Shown: positions 60,051-64,000 of the stretch, piece by piece
Layout of the letters: every line of letters begins with the position of its first letter
Position numbering within the stretch: the stretch's first letter is position 1
Source: Candidatus Multivoradales bacterium
Lineage (GTDB): Bacteria; Acidobacteriota; Thermoanaerobaculia; Multivoradales; J023
Length of the DNA: 64,000 bases
Direction: 5' to 3'
Assembly (NCBI GenBank): GCA_965248925.1
Contig: CBDFLE010000006.1
Span: forward strand, 1,760,001 to 1,824,000
Notes under the pieces: generated by a model
The model's database searches: none
Told to the model about the DNA's origin: nothing
Seen by the model: the letters and a program-made list of their open reading frames with translations, nothing else
Program-made: the position numbers and the translations under genes

Positions 60051-60680
60051 TCAACCGCGCTTGGCGGGTCGCAAAGCGATGAAACTATTGCGCGCACCAG
60101 GCACTGCGCCCTTGAGATAGATGAGGTTTTCTTCCTCGTTGACCTTCACTACTCTCACGTTCTTCACCGTCACCCGCTTGCCGCCCATACGACCCGGCAG
60201 CTTGACTCCCGGGAACACCCGAGAGGGGTAGGCGGCTTGGCCGATCGAACCTGGCGAGCGGTGAAACATCGAACCATGGGTCGCCCCGCCACCGCTGAAG
60301 CCGTGACGCTTGATGACCCCTTGGAAACCGCGCCCCTTGCTGGTTCCAACAACGTCGACGTAGTCGTCTTCGGCGAACACCGTCGCCACGATCTCGTCTC
60401 CAGGTTGCGCCGGATCATCAGCTTCTACCTTGAACTCCACGATGCGACGGGTCGGCTCGACGCCGTTCTTCTCGAAGTGACCACGCAAGGGCTTGATGAC
60501 GTTGCGCGGCGGACGGTCTTCAACCAAGCCAATCTGCACAGCTTCGTAACCGTCTACTTCATCGGTCTTGCGCTGAACCACTTTACAGGGTCCCGCTTTG
60601 ACCACCGTCACCGGAACCACCTTGCCGTCTTCGGCGAAGATCTGGGTCATTCCGACTTTGATGCCGAGGATGCCTTTCAT
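60051..60680 (-). CDS. rplC: 50S ribosomal protein L3
   Basis: [19 protein letters not shown]. Confidence 0.98.
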   Translation of the reverse strand: MKGILGIKVGMTQIFAEDGKVVPVTVVKAGPCKVVQRKTDEVDGYEAVQIGLVEDRPPRNVIKPLRGHFEKNGVEPTRRIVEFKVEADDPAQPGDEIVATVFAEDDYVDVVGTSKGRGFQGVIKRHGFSGGGATHGSMFHRSPGSIGQAAYPSRVFPGVKLPGRMGGKRVTVKNVRVVKVNEEENLIYLKGAVPGARNSFIALRPAKRG

Positions 60681-60694
60681 CAGGGTCGCTCCTC

Positions 60695-61012
<318 letters not shown>

Positions 61013-61058
61013 CTTCTGTCCTTATAGCCGGGCGGTGATCCCTTGCAGCTACCTTTCC

Positions 61059-62243
61059 TTACTCAATGATTTCGGAGACCGTGCCGGCGCCAACCGTGCG
61101 GCCACCTTCGCGGATAGCAAAGCGCACGCCCTTTTCCATGGCGATCGGCGCGATCAACTGGACCGACAGCGCCACGTTGTCGCCCGGCATCACCATCTCC
61201 ACCCCTGCGGGCAGCTCTGAGGCACCGGTGACGTCGGTGGTGCGGAAGTAGAACTGCGGCCGATAGCCGTTGAAGAACGGCGTATGACGCCCCCCTTCTT
61301 CTTTGTTCAGCACGTAGACTTCGCCGTTGAACTTGGTATGCGGGTTGATCGAGCCGGGCTGGGCCAACACCTGACCGCGCTCGACCTCGTTCTTCTTGGT
61401 GCCGCGCAGCAAGATGCCTACGTTGTCCCCCGCCTCACCCTGATCGAGCAACTTGCGGAACATCTCGACCCCGGTGACCACCGTCGTGGCGGTGTCGCGG
61501 ATGCCGATGATCTCGATCGACTCGCCGACCTTGACCACTCCACGCTCGATCCGCCCGGTCACTACCGTGCCACGGCCCTGGATGGTGAAGATGTCCTCGA
61601 TCGGCATCAAGAAAGGCTTGTCGATCTCGCGCTCCGGCTGCGGAATGTATTCATCGCAGGCGGCCATCAACTCCATGATCTTCTCGCTCCAGGCCTCGTC
61701 GCCCTCAAGGGCCTTGAGTGCCGAGCCCTGGATGATCGGGATGTCGTCGCCGGGAAAGTCGTAGGAACTCAGCAGCTCCCGCAGCTCCATTTCGACCAGC
61801 TCCAGCAGCTCTTCGTCGTCCACCACGTCGCATTTGTTCATGAACACGACCATCGAAGGCACGCCTACTTGACGCGCCAACAGGATGTGCTCGCGAGTCT
61901 GCGGCATCGGGCCATCAGCGGCCGAGACCACCAGGATAGCGCCGTCCATCTGCGCCGCGCCGGTGATCATGTTCTTCACGTAGTCGGCGTGACCTGGGCA
62001 GTCGACGTGAGCGTAGTGCCGATTCTCGGTCTCGTACTCCACATGCGCGGTAGCGATGGTGATGCCACGCTCGCGCTCTTCAGGAGCCTTGTCGATATTG
62101 TCGAAAGCGGTGAACTCCGCCAGACCCTTGTCAGCCAGAACTTTGGTGATCGCCGCCGTCAACGTCGTCTTGCCATGATCGACGTGGCCGATCGTGCCGA
62201 TGTTGACATGCGGTTTCGTCCGCTCGAATTTCTCTTTCGCCAT
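61059..62243 (-). CDS. tuf: elongation factor Tu
   Basis: [32 protein letters not shown]. Confidence 0.99.
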   Translation of the reverse strand: MAKEKFERTKPHVNIGTIGHVDHGKTTLTAAITKVLADKGLAEFTAFDNIDKAPEERERGITIATAHVEYETENRHYAHVDCPGHADYVKNMITGAAQMDGAILVVSAADGPMPQTREHILLARQVGVPSMVVFMNKCDVVDDEELLELVEMELRELLSSYDFPGDDIPIIQGSALKALEGDEAWSEKIMELMAACDEYIPQPEREIDKPFLMPIEDIFTIQGRGTVVTGRIERGVVKVGESIEIIGIRDTATTVVTGVEMFRKLLDQGEAGDNVGILLRGTKKNEVERGQVLAQPGSINPHTKFNGEVYVLNKEEGGRHTPFFNGYRPQFYFRTTDVTGASELPAGVEMVMPGDNVALSVQLIAPIAMEKGVRFAIREGGRTVGAGTVSEIIE

Positions 62244-62348
62244 CGCTTCCTCCTCGCCTGCCCGCTCCGCCTCGGCACCCAGCACCGGTGGCTTTCTAAC
62301 TACGAGCCAAAAAGGGATCCTCGTTCATCTACTCGCTACAACCAGACC

Positions 62349-64000
62349 TCAGCCCGCAACCTTTGCCATGACTTCTTCACTGACACTTTGAGGGGTTTGC
62401 TCATAGTTGTCGAACTGCATCGTGTAGTTGGCCCGACCCTGCGTCACCGACCTGAGATCAGTGGCATAGCCGAACATCTCCGACAGCGGCACCTTGCAGG
62501 TAATAACCTGCGCATTGCCGCGCGCTTCCATCTGCTGAACCTTGCCTCGGCGGGAGGTCAGGTCGCCGATGACATCACCCAAGTAATCCTCAGGGGTCAC
62601 CACCTCGACCTCCATCACCGGCTCCAAAAGCACTGGCTTGGCTCGCTTACAGGCGTCCTGGAAGGCCATTGAGCCAGCGATCTTAAAGGCGACTTCCGAA
62701 GAGTCCACATCGTGGAAACTGCCATCGTAGAGGTCGACCTCAACACCTGAGATCGGGAAGCCCGCCAATGGACCATTGTCCATCGCCTCGCGCATCCCAG
62801 CCTCGATTGGCTTGATGAATTCCCGTGGGATGGTGCCGCCGGTGATCTTGTTGTTGAAGGTGAGATCACCTTCAGAGCAGGGCCGCAGTCGAATTTTGCA
62901 ATGGCCATACTGGCCGCGTCCACCCGACTGGCGCACGAAGCGACCCTCGCCCGGCGCCTCTCGGGTGACCGACTCTTTGTAGGCCACCTGCGGCCGGCCG
63001 ATGCTGGCCCCCACTTTGAATTCTCGCAACAGACGATCTGTAATGATCTCCAAATGGAGTTCACCCATGCCCGAGATCAATGTCTGACCAGTGTCTTGGT
63101 CAGTATGCACCCGGAAGGTCGGATCCTCGCGCTGCAATTTGCCGAGGGCGACCGCCAGCTTGTCCTGGTCCACCTTGGTCTTAGGCTCAATTGAGACCGA
63201 GATGACAGGTTCCGGGAACGTGATGGATTCGAGCACGATCGGATGCTTCGGGTCACAAATCGTGTCACCGGTGGTGACGTCCTTGAGACCGACGGCGGCG
63301 GCGATATCGCCAGCCCGCACCATTTTGATCTCTTCGCGCTTGTTGGCGTGCATCTTCAGCAAACGACCGACCCGACCCTTACGCCTGGATCGCGCATTGA
63401 GCACCCCAGCGCCGGATTCGATACAGCCAGAGTAGACCCGGAAGAAAGCCAGCTGACCAACAAAGGGGTCAGTCATGATCTTGAAGATCAAGGCCGAGAA
63501 AGGCTCGTCATCACTAGGCTTGCGAAGCAAGCAGCCTTCCCCTTCCTCGTCGGTCCCCTCGATCGACGGCACATCGAGCGGTGACGGCAGCAAGTCGACC
63601 ACACAGTCGAGCAGCGGCTGCACACCCTTGTTGCGAAACGCGGTGCCACAGAGCACCGGCTGCAGGCGATTGGTGATCGTCGCAGCTCGCAAGCCAGCGA
63701 TCAGGTCGTCGACCGAAAGCTCATCTCCGCCGAGGTAACGTTCGAGCAAATCGTCATTGGTTTCAGCCACCGCTTCGATCATCTGCACGCGCGCCTTCGC
63801 CGCTATCTCGACATATTCGGCGGGCACCTCAACCGTCTCGAAGTCCGCACCCAGCACGTCTGACTCATAGACCACCGCCTGCATGCGCACCAAGTCGATA
63901 ATCCCGTGGAACTTGTCCTCACTACCGATCGGTAGCTGCACGACCACCGGCGAAGCCCCAAGACGCGACCGCATCATTTCGACGCAGCGCTCGAAGTCAG
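62349..64000 (-). CDS. fusA: elongation factor G (5' part beyond window)
   Basis: GMGELHL, PQVAYKE, QSGGRGQYGH, HDVDSS, GYATDLRS. Confidence 0.98.
   Translation of the reverse strand, partial: DFERCVEMMRSRLGASPVVVQLPIGSEDKFHGIIDLVRMQAVVYESDVLGADFETVEVPAEYVEIAAKARVQMIEAVAETNDDLLERYLGGDELSVDDLIAGLRAATITNRLQPVLCGTAFRNKGVQPLLDCVVDLLPSPLDVPSIEGTDEEGEGCLLRKPSDDEPFSALIFKIMTDPFVGQLAFFRVYSGCIESGAGVLNARSRRKGRVGRLLKMHANKREEIKMVRAGDIAAAVGLKDVTTGDTICDPKHPIVLESITFPEPVISVSIEPKTKVDQDKLAVALGKLQREDPTFRVHTDQDTGQTLISGMGELHLEIITDRLLREFKVGASIGRPQVAYKESVTREAPGEGRFVRQSGGRGQYGHCKIRLRPCSEGDLTFNNKITGGTIPREFIKPIEAGMREAMDNGPLAGFPISGVEVDLYDGSFHDVDSSEVAFKIAGSMAFQDACKRAKPVLLEPVMEVEVVTPEDYLGDVIGDLTSRRGKVQQMEARGNAQVITCKVPLSEMFGYATDLRSVTQGRANYTMQFDNYEQTPQSVSEEVMAKVAG

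Overview
High-GC bacterial chromosome segment. It is probably Acidobacteriota (Thermoanaerobaculia-like), inferred from the ECF/Ser-Thr kinase pair, Acidobacteria-type VWA, CRTAC1/TPR and Oar-like TonB receptor genes, and C-terminal IFxDGFE tails. Four zones. (1) 1-4.9 kb: signalling genes (kinase-linked ECF with a nonsense codon, a small Cys-rich secreted protein, a second ECF, a cNMP-binding protein plus two SRPBCC proteins). (2) 4.9-17.1 kb: a decaying accessory island. It holds three IS elements (IS21, IS1380 and an unusual large DDE element with internal copies of its own sub-terminal palindrome). Removing them in silico restores a three-gene operon: HTH-HerA/DndH-like ATPase, GHKL (Hsp90-like) ATPase and a methyltransferase-fold protein, which is a candidate undescribed defence system. 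Two TA loci follow. (3) 17-45.6 kb: metabolic and cell-envelope genes, including three sigma54-type promoters in front of surface proteins, and an AlgI/AlgJ pair whose AlgJ carries the same C-terminal IFxDGFE tail as the neighbouring beta-helix protein. (4) 45.7-64 kb: the fusA-tuf-S10-spc-alpha ribosomal cluster, from which rpsN (S14) is missing. All family assignments come from motif recognition by eye; no database searches were run.
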